From Gemmatimonadales bacterium (lineage in GTDB: Bacteria; Gemmatimonadota; Gemmatimonadetes; Gemmatimonadales; GWC2-71-9), in contig DASZCN010000114.1 in assembly GCA_035943095.1 (NCBI GenBank), positions 49,170 to 113,169 of the forward strand: DNA of 64,000 bases, read 5' to 3'. Shown piece after piece: positions 8,829 to 18,161 of this stretch (the stretch's first letter is position 1; every line of letters starts with the position of its first letter). The notes under the pieces are model-generated. The model was not told where the DNA came from. It saw only the letters and a list, made by a program, of their open reading frames with translations, and did not search any database. The position numbers and the translations under genes were made by a program.

Positions 8829-10607
8829 TCAGTTCGTGAACAGCCACCGTACCCCGTAGAACTGGAAGCGACGTGGGTAATTGAGGCCGGGCACGTAGCT
8901 GCCCTGAAACAGCGAGGCGTTGCGCTGGATCCAGAAGATGGTGACGCCGGCGATGCGCATCTCTACGTTGATCTCCCCGAAGCTCGCTCCGGGCAACGTG
9001 CGTAACGAGCCGGCCTGATCGAACCCCGCGGTCCCCGCGCTCCACGACTCCATCGCCAGCTCCCCTCTCAGGGCAAAGATGCCGCTCCGGTACACCCGCC
9101 AGAACTTCGAGTAAAACGTGATCGAGGTGCGGGCATGGTAGGGCGGCTCGAAGTCGTTCCCGCCGCGCACCAAGGGGTCGAAATACCACCCGGCAAGCCA
9201 GAGGCCCGGCAGCAGCCGGACGGCCCCGTGCATGGTGAAATAGCGCGTCTGCTGCGTTGCACTGAGCGAATCGACCGTCGAGAGCCCCGCGGGGCGGCCG
9301 ATCGGCGCGAACGGATCGCGGCTCGCTCCGCCGACCTCGAGTGTGATCCAGCTCCGGTCCCAGCGCACGGCTCCCGAGAAGTCGAGCGTTCGCTGGGGAG
9401 TGTCGGCGGAGTCGAGCGGCGATTGGAGATCGCGTGCCCACGCGGCGTCCCCGTGTATCGAGAAACCGGCCGGGAGCGCGAGCCCCGCGGCGAGGTGGGC
9501 GCGCTTGCCGGTACGGTCCAGGCTGTAATGCGCGTAGCGGGCGTCGCCCGAGAACGTGACCCACGGCAACGGGCTCCAGGCACCCGTGCCCTCGAGCTGC
9601 CAGGGTCGGGCGTGGTCCTGCGAGCGAAGGGCGAGGCCGAGGTGCGCGCGCGGCCAGTCGTTCTGTACCTCGAGGAGGCCCTGAGAGAGCGAGTGATCAG
9701 CCACGGCGGTGTCCTGGCTCGTGTGAGTCGTGGCGAACGTCGCTTGTACCCGCAGCCCGAGGCCGTCCGTACGGGCGGCCGCGAACGCGCGATAGATCGC
9801 GTCGCGCCGCTCCTGGTGAAAGTCGTCGGTCAGATCAGTTTGCGGGTCGCGGTGCCAGCTCGAGCTCAGGACCTGATACGACGCGCCGAGGCGCGGGCTC
9901 GGGAGGTACTCGGCCTTGAGCCACAGGTCGACTGAGTTGAAAGCGCTGCTCGACGTGCCGGCGATGCCGGCGGTATTGTTGTAGTCCGCGACGAGCGACA
10001 GCCCCACACCGGAGCGCCAGCGCTTGAGGAACGCACCGCGATAGTTGGCCGTGCTCACTTGGCCGGTGGCTACCCCCACGAGCGAGGCGGTCTCGGTCGA
10101 ACGTTGGCGCAGGGTGACGAGATAGACACGCAGGGTCCCCGGCAACACCACCACGTCGACGCGCTCGAGCGGCGCGAGCGAGATGCGCGCCGGATCGAGG
10201 AACACCGAGTCGCGTCCCACTGGGAGGTACGGAACGCCGTCCCAGTAAATCTCGAGCCCCGCCGCGCCACGGCCGCCGTAGAACACAGTTTCCGCGGTGC
10301 CATAGATCCCACCGCGCGCGACGTACACCCCGGGGATCCGCGCGAGCAGGTCCGAAAGTGTCTGCACGCTCGAGAAGGCGAACGAATCGGCGGTGAACGT
10401 GTAGCGCGCGCCCCGGGGCAGCGGGCCGGCCGGTGTCTGCGCTGGAAAGATCGGCTGATAGGCAGGCGTCGTGTCGCGGACGGTTGTGTCCCGGTGGGCG
10501 GTCGAGTCGCGGCGGGTGGTGTCGGGGTGAGCCGTGCTGTCGACTTGGGCGGCGGCTCCGGCCGCGGCGAGGTGCAGCGCGGCGGCGCAGACGAGACCGC
10601 GGGTCAC
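8829..10607 (-). CDS. outer-membrane beta-barrel protein with TonB-dependent-receptor-like plug
   Basis: The track ORF is 8829-10868. GTG at 10607 (GTGA with the pepA stop) gives the signal peptide [22 protein letters not shown] plug-like segment LSDLLARIPGVYV...LERVDVVVLPG is followed by a strand-rich remainder ending YGVRWLFTN. Confidence 0.7.
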   Translation of the reverse strand: MTRGLVCAAALHLAAAGAAAQVDSTAHPDTTRRDSTAHRDTTVRDTTPAYQPIFPAQTPAGPLPRGARYTFTADSFAFSSVQTLSDLLARIPGVYVARGGIYGTAETVFYGGRGAAGLEIYWDGVPYLPVGRDSVFLDPARISLAPLERVDVVVLPGTLRVYLVTLRQRSTETASLVGVATGQVSTANYRGAFLKRWRSGVGLSLVADYNNTAGIAGTSSSAFNSVDLWLKAEYLPSPRLGASYQVLSSSWHRDPQTDLTDDFHQERRDAIYRAFAAARTDGLGLRVQATFATTHTSQDTAVADHSLSQGLLEVQNDWPRAHLGLALRSQDHARPWQLEGTGAWSPLPWVTFSGDARYAHYSLDRTGKRAHLAAGLALPAGFSIHGDAAWARDLQSPLDSADTPQRTLDFSGAVRWDRSWITLEVGGASRDPFAPIGRPAGLSTVDSLSATQQTRYFTMHGAVRLLPGLWLAGWYFDPLVRGGNDFEPPYHARTSITFYSKFWRVYRSGIFALRGELAMESWSAGTAGFDQAGSLRTLPGASFGEINVEMRIAGVTIFWIQRNASLFQGSYVPGLNYPRRFQFYGVRWLFTN

Positions 10608-12112
10608 GCCCCCGCGCGCTTGAGGACGAGCTCGGAGAACAACCGCACGCCTACCCCGGTTGGGCCCTTCATCTGGTGCGGCGCCTCCCCTTCCGTGTAT
10701 GCCGTGCCGGCGATGTCGAGGTGCACCCAGGGGTATCCCTCCACGAACTCCCGCAGGAACCAGCCACCGGTGATCGACCCCGCGCCACGCCCACCTGAAT
10801 TCTTCACGTCCGCCGTGTCCGACTTGAGCATGTCGCGATAGTCGTCCCACAACGGCAGCGGCCAGCACCGCTCGCCCGCCCGCTCACCGGCGTCGCGCAC
10901 TTCCGCCAGCAGGGCTTCGTCGGTCCCCATGGCGCCGATCGCGTGCTGGCCGAGGGCGACGACCACGGCGCCAGTGAGGGTCGCGATGTCGATCACGGCG
11001 GCGGGCTTGTAGCGCCGCAGATACGACAGGGCGTCGCACAGGATGAGCCGGCCCTCGGCGTCGGTGTTGATGATCTCGATCGTCTTGCCGAGGTGGCTCT
11101 TCACGACGTCCCCCGGCTTCACGGCGGTGCCGGATGGGAGGTTCTCGGTCGACGGGATGATACCCACGACGTTGACCTTCGGCTTCAGACGGCCCAGGAC
11201 GTCGAACGTCCCGAGCACGGCGGCGGCGCCGGACATGTCGAACTTCATCTCCTCCATGTTCTGCGCCGGCTTGATCGAGATGCCGCCCGAGTCGAAGGTG
11301 ACGCCCTTACCGACGAGCACCACCGGTGCCGCGTCTCCGGCACCACGGTACTCGAGCACGATGAAGCGGGGCTCCTGCGTGCTGCCCTGTGCCACGGCGA
11401 GGAGCGCGCCCATCCCTTCGCGTTGCATTTGCGCTCGGTCGAGGACGGTCAGGGCGAACCCGTACTGGTCGGCGAGCTGCTTGGCGCGGTCGGCGAGGTA
11501 GCTCGGCGTGCACACGTTGCCCGGCAGCATCTGCAGGTAGCGCGTGAGGCGGTGCCCCGCGGCGATCGCATCGCCCACGCGGCGCCCGCTCGCGATCTCC
11601 TTTGCGTCCTTCGCGTCGGCGACGATCGTGATGCTCTCGACCTCGGGCTTCACCTCGTCCGGGGGCAGGGCGGCCTTCATCTCGGTGAAGGTCCACGCTC
11701 CCTGCGCGGCGCCCTCGACCACGACTTGCCCCAGTTCACGGGCAGACACGCCGTTCCGCGCCTCGGCGGCGACGGCCACCGCGACCTGGCGCACGCCGAG
11801 CGCCCGCGCGCGCTTGGCCGCCACGGCGGCCGCGCGGCGGATCGTGTTGCGTGTGATCTCACCGCCCTTCCCCATGCCGACGAGCAAGAGTCGCTCGGGC
11901 TTGGCGCCGCCCGGGTACAAGAGCGCGGTCTCGTCGCGCTTTCCTTTGAAATCCCCGCTCTTGATCGCCCGCGTCACCACGCCGCCCGCCGCGCGGTCGA
12001 GCTCGGCGAGCGACGCCGGGAGCGCGCTTCCCTGGGCGAGGGCGATGGCGAGGAGGGGGGTCTCGACCTGGGCGAGTGGCGCGCTGACGTCGTTGCTCTT
12101 GATCTCAGACAT
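10604..12112 (-). CDS. pepA: leucyl aminopeptidase (M17)
   Basis: 502 aa with [14 protein letters not shown] and [11 protein letters not shown] motifs. Confidence 0.93.
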   Translation of the reverse strand: MSEIKSNDVSAPLAQVETPLLAIALAQGSALPASLAELDRAAGGVVTRAIKSGDFKGKRDETALLYPGGAKPERLLLVGMGKGGEITRNTIRRAAAVAAKRARALGVRQVAVAVAAEARNGVSARELGQVVVEGAAQGAWTFTEMKAALPPDEVKPEVESITIVADAKDAKEIASGRRVGDAIAAGHRLTRYLQMLPGNVCTPSYLADRAKQLADQYGFALTVLDRAQMQREGMGALLAVAQGSTQEPRFIVLEYRGAGDAAPVVLVGKGVTFDSGGISIKPAQNMEEMKFDMSGAAAVLGTFDVLGRLKPKVNVVGIIPSTENLPSGTAVKPGDVVKSHLGKTIEIINTDAEGRLILCDALSYLRRYKPAAVIDIATLTGAVVVALGQHAIGAMGTDEALLAEVRDAGERAGERCWPLPLWDDYRDMLKSDTADVKNSGGRGAGSITGGWFLREFVEGYPWVHLDIAGTAYTEGEAPHQMKGPTGVGVRLFSELVLKRAGA

Positions 12113-13301
12113 GCTCGATTATGCACTCGGCAAAAGCGGAGGTCGAGACCTCCGTGGCGTTGGGCATGAGCCGCGCCAAATCGTACGTCACGCGCCGCGA
12201 GCGAATCGCACCCTCGAGCCCGCGCACGATCGCCGCCGCCACGTCGGTCCAGCCGAGCTCCTCGAACATCATGGCCCCGGACAGGATCACGCTGCCGGGA
12301 TTCACCTTGTCCTGACCGGCGTACTTGGGCGCCGTGCCGTGGGTCGCCTCGAACACGGCGAAACCGTCGCCCACATTGCCCCCGGGGGCCAGCCCGAGCC
12401 CACCCACCTGCGCCGCGGCCGCGTCCGAGAGGAGGTCGCCGTTCAGGTTCGGTGCCGCAATCACGGAGTATTCGTCGGGCCGCAGGACGAGTTGGGCGAA
12501 CATCGCATCCGTGATGCGGTCTTTCATGACGACCCGTCCCCCGTCCCCTTTCCCCGCGTCGGCTTCGGGGATCGTCCGCTCACCGAACCGCTCGCGCGCG
12601 ACCTCGTATCCCCACTCCCGGAAGCCGCCCTCGGTGAACTTCATGATGTTGCCCTTGTGCACGAGCGTCACGGACCGGCGCCCGGAGCGCAGCGCGTACT
12701 CGATTGCCTTCGCCACCAGGCGCTGTGAGCCGAACCGGGACATCGGCTTGATCCCGAGGGCGCTGCCGGGACGGATGTTCGCCTTGAAGCGCTCCGTCAG
12801 GAAGGCGATGAGCGCGTCGGCTTCCGGGCTCCCGGCCTTGTATTCCACGCCCGAGTAGACGTCCTCGATGTTCTCGCGGAAGATCACCACGTCCAGCTTC
12901 TGGGGCTCCCGCATCGGGCTGGGCACGCCCTCGAAGTAGCGCACCGGGCGGATGCACGCATACAGATCGAGCTGCTGACGCAGGGCCACGTTGAGGGACC
13001 GGATGCCGCCCCCGACGGGAGTGGTGAGTGGGCCCTTGATCGCCACGCGGTGTGTTCGGATCGCGTCAAGCGTGGCCTCCGGCAGCCAGTGTCCCGTCTG
13101 CTTGAACGCCTTCTCCCCGGCCAGGATCTCGAGCCAGTCGATCTGACGTTTGCCGCTGGAGGTGCGCGCCACGGAGGCGTCGAACACGCGGCGCGCCGCG
13201 CGCCAAATATCCGGGCCGGTGCCGTCTCCTTCGATGAAGGGGATGATCGGGCGGTCGGGTACCACCCAGCGGCCGCCATCGTATCGGATGCGCTCAGCCA
13301 T
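12105..13301 (-). CDS. icd: NADP-dependent isocitrate dehydrogenase
   Basis: The track ORF is 12105-13496 and I use the ATG at 13301 (MAERIRY). It carries [11 protein letters not shown] and [22 protein letters not shown]. The length is 398 aa. Confidence 0.92.
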   Translation of the reverse strand: MAERIRYDGGRWVVPDRPIIPFIEGDGTGPDIWRAARRVFDASVARTSSGKRQIDWLEILAGEKAFKQTGHWLPEATLDAIRTHRVAIKGPLTTPVGGGIRSLNVALRQQLDLYACIRPVRYFEGVPSPMREPQKLDVVIFRENIEDVYSGVEYKAGSPEADALIAFLTERFKANIRPGSALGIKPMSRFGSQRLVAKAIEYALRSGRRSVTLVHKGNIMKFTEGGFREWGYEVARERFGERTIPEADAGKGDGGRVVMKDRITDAMFAQLVLRPDEYSVIAAPNLNGDLLSDAAAAQVGGLGLAPGGNVGDGFAVFEATHGTAPKYAGQDKVNPGSVILSGAMMFEELGWTDVAAAIVRGLEGAIRSRRVTYDLARLMPNATEVSTSAFAECIIEHV

Positions 13302-13416
13302 CTCGGAAAGCTCCTGCAGGGAATACGCCGCATGCGCCGGCGGTCGTGGAGGGTGCAGTCTACACGGCCCGGCCGGGGTTGCGCCAGGCGAAACGACGAC
13401 CGTACACTTCAGCACG

Positions 13417-13758
13417 ATGCGGAGCATTTTGAGACTGACGTTCTTCTGCCTCGCTGCCGCCTGTTGGCTCGCGGCCGGTCCAGGTGGTGAGACCACCCGG
13501 GCGCTGCTCGCCTGCTCCCACGAGGCGATGCATCATGCCGGCGGGGCCCATCATTCGATGCCCACGGACGGCCCGTGTTTCTGCGATCAGATGGGCGGCG
13601 GGCTCGACCTCGCCGTCTCGACGGCCGTGCCGACGCCGCCCACGCCGCAGGTGGCGCTCACCGCCCCGATCGCCCGCGTAGCGGACGCAGCACCTTTCAC
13701 CCTTCCCCGTTCCCCGGCCTTTTCCCCGGTTCCACCCCCTCCGAATGTGGTCGGCTGA
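13417..13758 (+). CDS. small secreted His/Cys-rich protein (hypothetical)
   Basis: ATG at 13417 inside track ORF 13150-13758. The signal peptide is [21 protein letters not shown]. It continues [30 protein letters not shown] and has a Pro-rich tail. It is the first gene of a co-directional four-gene cluster. Confidence 0.55.
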   Translation: MRSILRLTFFCLAAACWLAAGPGGETTRALLACSHEAMHHAGGAHHSMPTDGPCFCDQMGGGLDLAVSTAVPTPPTPQVALTAPIARVADAAPFTLPRSPAFSPVPPPPNVVG

Positions 13759-13794
13759 CCTGATCCGGTAGCCACCTACAACTCGGAGGTATGC

Positions 13795-14853
13795 ATGCGC
13801 AGTGCGCTCTGGTGCGCCCTGCTCTGCGGCGTGGCAACCAGCGCCGCGGCGCAGGACAAGGAAGTCACGTTCGAGGAGCCGCAACCGGTCACGGTGTCGG
13901 GCTTTGCCGTGGGCCGCACCGATTACGATCGCGTCACCCGAAGCAACACGTTCACCGCCGGCAAGGTCGGCGTGAGCCTGTTCAAGCCGGTAGGGGACGT
14001 GTACCTGTTCGCGCAGCTCACGACCGCGCTCGAAGACGGCGCGTCGTCCACCGAGATCGACAACCTGCTCGTCAGCTGGACGCCGCACACCGCGAACAAG
14101 TGGTCGCTCGGGTTCGGGCGCTTCGATGCTCCGATCGGATTCGAGCGCGACGACGAGCCCCTGAATCTGATTTCCACCAACTCGTTCAACTTCACTTACG
14201 CCCGGCCCGCCAAGCTCACCGGCGTGCAGGTGCATTACACCGCTTCCTCGCGAGTCGATGTCTGGGCCGTCGCCGCCAACGGCTGGGACGTGACGGTGGA
14301 CAACAACCGCGGGAAGACCGCTCTGGCCCGCGTCCAGTGGATTCCCATTCCGTGGGTCACCGTCGGGTTCACAGGCGTCTACGGGCCGGAGCGCGATTCG
14401 AGCGATGCCAATCAGCGATCACTCTTCTCGACCGATCTCACGGTCGATCGTGGAGGGGGACGTCTCATTGTCGGCGCCGAGGCAAACATCGGCAAGGAGC
14501 AGCAGAGTGGCGGCAATCCGACCTGGCGCGGGGCCGCGGTGACCGGGTTCGTGCGCGTCGCGCGGCACCTCGGCCTGACCGCCCGCTACGATCAGATGGA
14601 AGACACCGACGGGCTGCTCACGGGCACGCCCCAGATCCTGCGGTCGGTGACCGCGGGCCCGATGTGGTACTTCTCCTCGGCCCACGAGGGGATCTTCAGC
14701 AATATCGAGCACACGCGCTTCCATCTGCCCCAGATCGCCGTGCGCGCCGCGATCCGGGCGGATTGGTCGTCCACGCCGTTCTTCGTCGACGCGGCCGGAG
14801 CGCCGCAACGCTCGGACACGAAAGCCGTGATCGAGCTGGTCTACGTGTTCTAG
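13795..14853 (+). CDS. outer-membrane porin-like beta-barrel protein
   Basis: 352 aa. The signal peptide is MRSALWCALLCGVATSAAAQ. It has alternating-hydrophobic strands throughout and a C-terminal ...ELVYVF (terminal Phe). Confidence 0.75.
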   Translation: MRSALWCALLCGVATSAAAQDKEVTFEEPQPVTVSGFAVGRTDYDRVTRSNTFTAGKVGVSLFKPVGDVYLFAQLTTALEDGASSTEIDNLLVSWTPHTANKWSLGFGRFDAPIGFERDDEPLNLISTNSFNFTYARPAKLTGVQVHYTASSRVDVWAVAANGWDVTVDNNRGKTALARVQWIPIPWVTVGFTGVYGPERDSSDANQRSLFSTDLTVDRGGGRLIVGAEANIGKEQQSGGNPTWRGAAVTGFVRVARHLGLTARYDQMEDTDGLLTGTPQILRSVTAGPMWYFSSAHEGIFSNIEHTRFHLPQIAVRAAIRADWSSTPFFVDAAGAPQRSDTKAVIELVYVF

Positions 14854-14870
14854 GAAGGGGACGGAACGCC

Positions 14871-15422
14871 ATGGTGTATGACCTGCGCCGTGCGGACGCC
14901 TCGATCAAGTGGCTCGTCACGTGCCTGCTCGCCACGCTCGGGCTCTCCTACATCTTCGGAGCCCTGATGGTCTCCCTGTATGCGGGCTTCACGCCCGCGC
15001 GCGTCGCGGCTACGTACGCGGGTCCCGAGATGTCCATGCCGATGCCGCCTGAATCTACGATGATCGTGACCCGACCCATGACCATGGCGGATTTCGCCAA
15101 GCCGGAGGTTCACGCCGTCGACACCAACCTGCTGATTCAGGACACGCACGTGCACGTGCCGATGTACGGGGTGATCGCGGCGGCCCTGAGTGTGGTGGTG
15201 CTCGGTCTGTCGTTGCCGCGCGGTTGGGCGTTCGGTCTCATCACCCTGCTCTTCGCGGCGCCCTGGCTGGACTTCGCGGGCATGTGGCTCACGAAGTTCG
15301 CCTCGCCGCGGTTCGCGATCCTCACGCTCATGGGCGGTTGGGCCATGGGCGCCGGCTACTTCATCGTCACGGTACTCGCCCTCCGCCAGATGTGGCGGTC
15401 ACCGAAAGGAGTCGCATCATGA
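14871..15422 (+). CDS. integral membrane protein, 4 predicted TM helices (hypothetical)
   Basis: ATG at 14871, forming the 3' part of track ORF 13791-15422. There are four hydrophobic segments and the motif QDTHVHVPMYG at the start of TM2. Confidence 0.65.
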   Translation: MVYDLRRADASIKWLVTCLLATLGLSYIFGALMVSLYAGFTPARVAATYAGPEMSMPMPPESTMIVTRPMTMADFAKPEVHAVDTNLLIQDTHVHVPMYGVIAAALSVVVLGLSLPRGWAFGLITLLFAAPWLDFAGMWLTKFASPRFAILTLMGGWAMGAGYFIVTVLALRQMWRSPKGVAS

Positions 15423-15979
15423 ACTGGCTGATTCGCGCGGCGACAGTTGCCGCGCTGCTGCACATCACGCCGGCCGTCGTACTGGTCAAGCGACCTGACG
15501 CGGTCCAGGCATTGCTGCCCGGGGCCGACGCCTACTTCGCGCGCGAGGTGCATCTGAGCGATGTGGATGCTCATCGGCTCCACGAAGTGGTGGACTGGAG
15601 CCCGGAAGACGGCGTGCTGGCGTTCTATACCGGCAAGACGGGGTCGACCGTGGTGGGCGCGCTCGAGTTCGTGCGGGTGGACACGCCTCACGGGCCGATC
15701 GAGGTCGCGGTCGGGTTCAGTCCCGAGGGGCGGATCCGAGGTGTGATCGTCACCAAGGCCACGGTGGAAATGAAGCCCTGGGTGCTCGAAGCCGTTTCGG
15801 CCGGATTGCCAAACGGGTATCGCGACCTGAAGCCGGGCGATACGGCGGGCGGCGCCGCGGCGTTGGCGCGCGCCGGGCAAGCCGGGAATCTGGCGGTCTA
15901 TATCGCTGGAGAGGTTGATAAAGGGGTGGCACGCGCTCTTGCGGCGTACGGTGCGTTTTACAATCATGTGAGGACGTAG
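15419..15979 (+). CDS. periplasmic FMN_bind-like domain protein (hypothetical)
   Basis: ATG at 15419, overlapping the upstream gene as ATGA. It has an N-terminal anchor MNWLIRAATVAALL. The segment GALEFVRVDTPHGPIEVAVGFSPEGRIRGVIVTKAT resembles the NosR/RnfG FMN_bind fold but lacks an obvious S/TGAT flavinylation motif. Confidence 0.55.
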   Translation: MNWLIRAATVAALLHITPAVVLVKRPDAVQALLPGADAYFAREVHLSDVDAHRLHEVVDWSPEDGVLAFYTGKTGSTVVGALEFVRVDTPHGPIEVAVGFSPEGRIRGVIVTKATVEMKPWVLEAVSAGLPNGYRDLKPGDTAGGAAALARAGQAGNLAVYIAGEVDKGVARALAAYGAFYNHVRT

Positions 15980-16041
15980 CCGGTTCGTCTTGAAACGGTT
16001 TCGGCTCCTGTTCGCAACATCTTCGGGTCGGAGCGCGTCAC

Positions 16042-16485
16042 ATGGGCATGAGAACCTCATATGCGATCGTGGCACTGGCGGCGCTAGTCAGCGTCGGCTG
16101 CCCCTACTCCGACCTGCTGTCGAGCAAGAATGGCGGGATCGCGATCGCCGGCGGCGGAGGCGGCACGGGGTCGGACGCGCTCCGCTTCACCGTCCAGCCG
16201 AGTGACGCCACTGCCGGCAACATCATCACGCCGGCGATTCAGGTGACGGTCTTCGACAGCCTGGGCGCTCCCGACTCGACCTTCACCAATCCCATCTCGA
16301 TAGCGATCGGGATCAACCCGGTCGGCGGGACCCTGTCCGGCACCCTCAGCGTCACGCCGGTGAACGCGATCGCCTCGTTCGGCGATCTCGTCATCTCCAG
16401 CTCCGGTGCGGGTTACACGCTCGCCGCGACGGCCTCGGGCGCAACCGGGGCATCGAGCGCGTCGTTCACAATCCTCGCGCCCTAG
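16042..16485 (+). CDS. lipoprotein with Ig-like (Big-type) domain (hypothetical)
   Basis: 147 aa. The lipobox is LVSVGC, followed by a Gly-rich linker and then LRFTVQPSDATAGNIITPAIQVTVFD...YTLAATASG, a beta-sandwich-like sequence. Confidence 0.6.
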   Translation: MGMRTSYAIVALAALVSVGCPYSDLLSSKNGGIAIAGGGGGTGSDALRFTVQPSDATAGNIITPAIQVTVFDSLGAPDSTFTNPISIAIGINPVGGTLSGTLSVTPVNAIASFGDLVISSSGAGYTLAATASGATGASSASFTILAP

Positions 16486-16588
16486 GTTACGGGTAGCGCG
16501 GTTTCAAAGTGGGTGAGGCCGACCCCACCATCGCGCCCACCAGTCCACCACCGAGCATGACGCCGAGGCTCTTCGCCACCGGACAGCA

Positions 16589-16951
16589 TCACCCAGCGGC
16601 GCGGGTCGGCTCGTTCCAGGCGATCTCGAAAAAGCCGTTGCAGCGGTGACAGCGCATGCTGGCGGGCTCGCCTTCGATTTTCGAGCGGTCGCGGCAATTG
16701 GGGCAAACGGCGTAACGCGCGCCCCAGGCCAGCGGGAAGCGGGGCGAATTCTTGGGACTCGGAACGACGGACCAGCGGAGCGCCGGTTCCGGTGAGAGCT
16801 GCAGTTGGCCCCGCGGTAGGGCCACCGGCTTGCCCTTCACGTCGACGGTCGCATCCGCGGCGGTCAACTTGAGGATGCGGTACCAAGCGCCCTTGCGGAG
16901 GGGGCATTTCACGTCCGCCTTGAGACGAGCCCATTGGAACGCAGCCGGCAT
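16589..16951 (-). CDS. small 'WAR-RKGAWYR' + C-terminal zinc-ribbon protein, paralogue 1 (unknown function)
   Basis: 120 aa with QWARL, LRKGAWYRI, RWSVVP and CPNC-x14-CHRC...IAWNE. It is homologous to ORFs 18162-18617, 52852-53175 and 53172-53522. Confidence 0.75.
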   Translation of the reverse strand: MPAAFQWARLKADVKCPLRKGAWYRILKLTAADATVDVKGKPVALPRGQLQLSPEPALRWSVVPSPKNSPRFPLAWGARYAVCPNCRDRSKIEGEPASMRCHRCNGFFEIAWNEPTRAAG

Positions 16952-17057
16952 GGCGTCCTCGCAGTCGGTGTGCTGGGAATGCGCCTGCTACGTTACGGCC
17001 GTGGGGGCGGCGCGGCTGTGGGGGGCGTCACAGGGGCGCTAACTGACGCAAGCGGTG

Positions 17058-17462
17058 TCAGTCTACGCGTTCGACCGCCTCCCGCTTGAGCCCCGGCCAG
17101 GCCTGGCACGCGCCGATCCACGCCCGTTTCCTTGGTGCGTCGAGCAGTCCGGCGTTGTCCCGCTTGAGCCACTCGACGAGATCCGGAGCCGTGTCATGCA
17201 CCGCGACGTGATGCTCTTCCTTGAACCCCTGCCCTTCGTTGAGTGTCCAGTAGCACACGTGGCCCACCAGTCGAAGCCCGACCGTCATGTAGATATCGAT
17301 ATCCACACCGCGCAGGGCGCCTGGGGAGCCTCCCCGCTCTTCGGCGTGGCTGAGCGGCCAGCCGCGGAAGGCGAGATCTCGGTCTCCGGTCCTGGGGATC
17401 CGGAAATCCCCGGGGTCGCCGCGGAGCTGATCCACGGCGTAGGGGGTGGTGCTTGGGCGCAC
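17058..17462 (-). CDS. hypothetical protein
   Basis: 134 aa. GC3 is high in this frame and the composition is balanced (W, H, Y, K present), unlike the overlapping plus-strand ORF. No family was recognised. Confidence 0.5.
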   Translation of the reverse strand: MRPSTTPYAVDQLRGDPGDFRIPRTGDRDLAFRGWPLSHAEERGGSPGALRGVDIDIYMTVGLRLVGHVCYWTLNEGQGFKEEHHVAVHDTAPDLVEWLKRDNAGLLDAPRKRAWIGACQAWPGLKREAVERVD

Positions 17463-17544
17463 TCAGGGAATATGCCTCGGGAAGCAAGAGTCGCCAGTCG
17501 GCGATGTGAGACGTCGGTTTTCGCTATGTGAGTGAGGAGCGCAG

Positions 17545-17627
17545 TGCCCGAGGAGAGAGTCGAACTCTCACGGGGTTGCCCCCGGGGGATTTTGAGTCCC
17601 CTGCGTCTGCCATTCCGCCACTCGGGC
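17545..17627 (-). tRNA. tRNA-Leu (anticodon CAA)
   Basis: Manual cloverleaf: acceptor GCCCGAG/CTCGGGC, D-arm GCG-GAATGGCAGA-CGC, anticodon stem GGGGA/TCCCC with loop CTCAAAA, long variable arm GGGG-GCAA-CCCC, T-arm GAGAG-TTCGACT-CTCTC, discriminator A. CCA is not encoded. Confidence 0.93.
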
Positions 17628-17632
17628 AACGA

Positions 17633-17953
17633 CTAGTGCTTCGGTGAGTCGAGCCGCTCAGCGTCCCGCTGCTTGGCGAGCAAGCGTTCCGTGAAATCGA
17701 GGCGTTCCTCGATCTCGCTGAGCCGGCTCTGCACGTTCTCCCCTGCCCCCTCTCCCAGCCGGCGCTGCGCCTCCTCGACCTCGCGGAGGCGCCGCTGGAT
17801 CTCTTCCATGCCTTCCGCCAGATCGCGCCGGGACGCGTTGCGCCCGCGGAGCGATCCGGATGGCGCGCCTCGGCCCGACAGCATTTTTCCAACCGAGATG
17901 GCCAACATGATGAAGGCCACTCCAACGGCCCACTCTGGGATTATTCCGAACAT
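17633..17953 (-). CDS. small membrane-anchored coiled-coil protein (PspB-like architecture)
   Basis: ATG at 17953, preceded by GGAGGAGG, inside track ORF 17633-18055. One N-terminal TM helix (WAVGVAFIMLAISVG) is followed by a charged helical region ending IEERLDFTERLLAKQRD. Confidence 0.6.
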   Translation of the reverse strand: MFGIIPEWAVGVAFIMLAISVGKMLSGRGAPSGSLRGRNASRRDLAEGMEEIQRRLREVEEAQRRLGEGAGENVQSRLSEIEERLDFTERLLAKQRDAERLDSPKH

Positions 17954-18161
17954 GCTCCTCCTCCGAGGCGGTGAACTTAGCGCTTCGTCGCCCCCTGCGG
18001 CAGCCTCGCTCAAGGCCAGCGCTCCACCGCAACTGAAACGCGGACCATGTGTCAAATGTCACAGCCTCGAGTGGCCGCTACCCGACATCCTGTACTACGC
18101 GCGACAGCCGGGCGCGCGGCGCCCTGCAGTGCCTCTCCTGGCCGTCCTTCGGAGGGCGCCC

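Noticed and set aside
10470-10560. Short peptide repeat DSTAH(P/R)DTT(R/V)RD at the N-terminus of the plug/barrel OMP
   Set aside because: It has only about 2.5 copies in a likely disordered post-signal-peptide linker. That is probably of no functional significance.
13360-14235. 291-aa minus-strand ORF, and the long plus ORF 13791-15422
   Set aside because: The minus ORF is antisense to the secreted-peptide and porin genes. The first 360 codons of 13791-15422 are an alternative frame of the porin gene. Only 14871-15422 has membrane-protein character.
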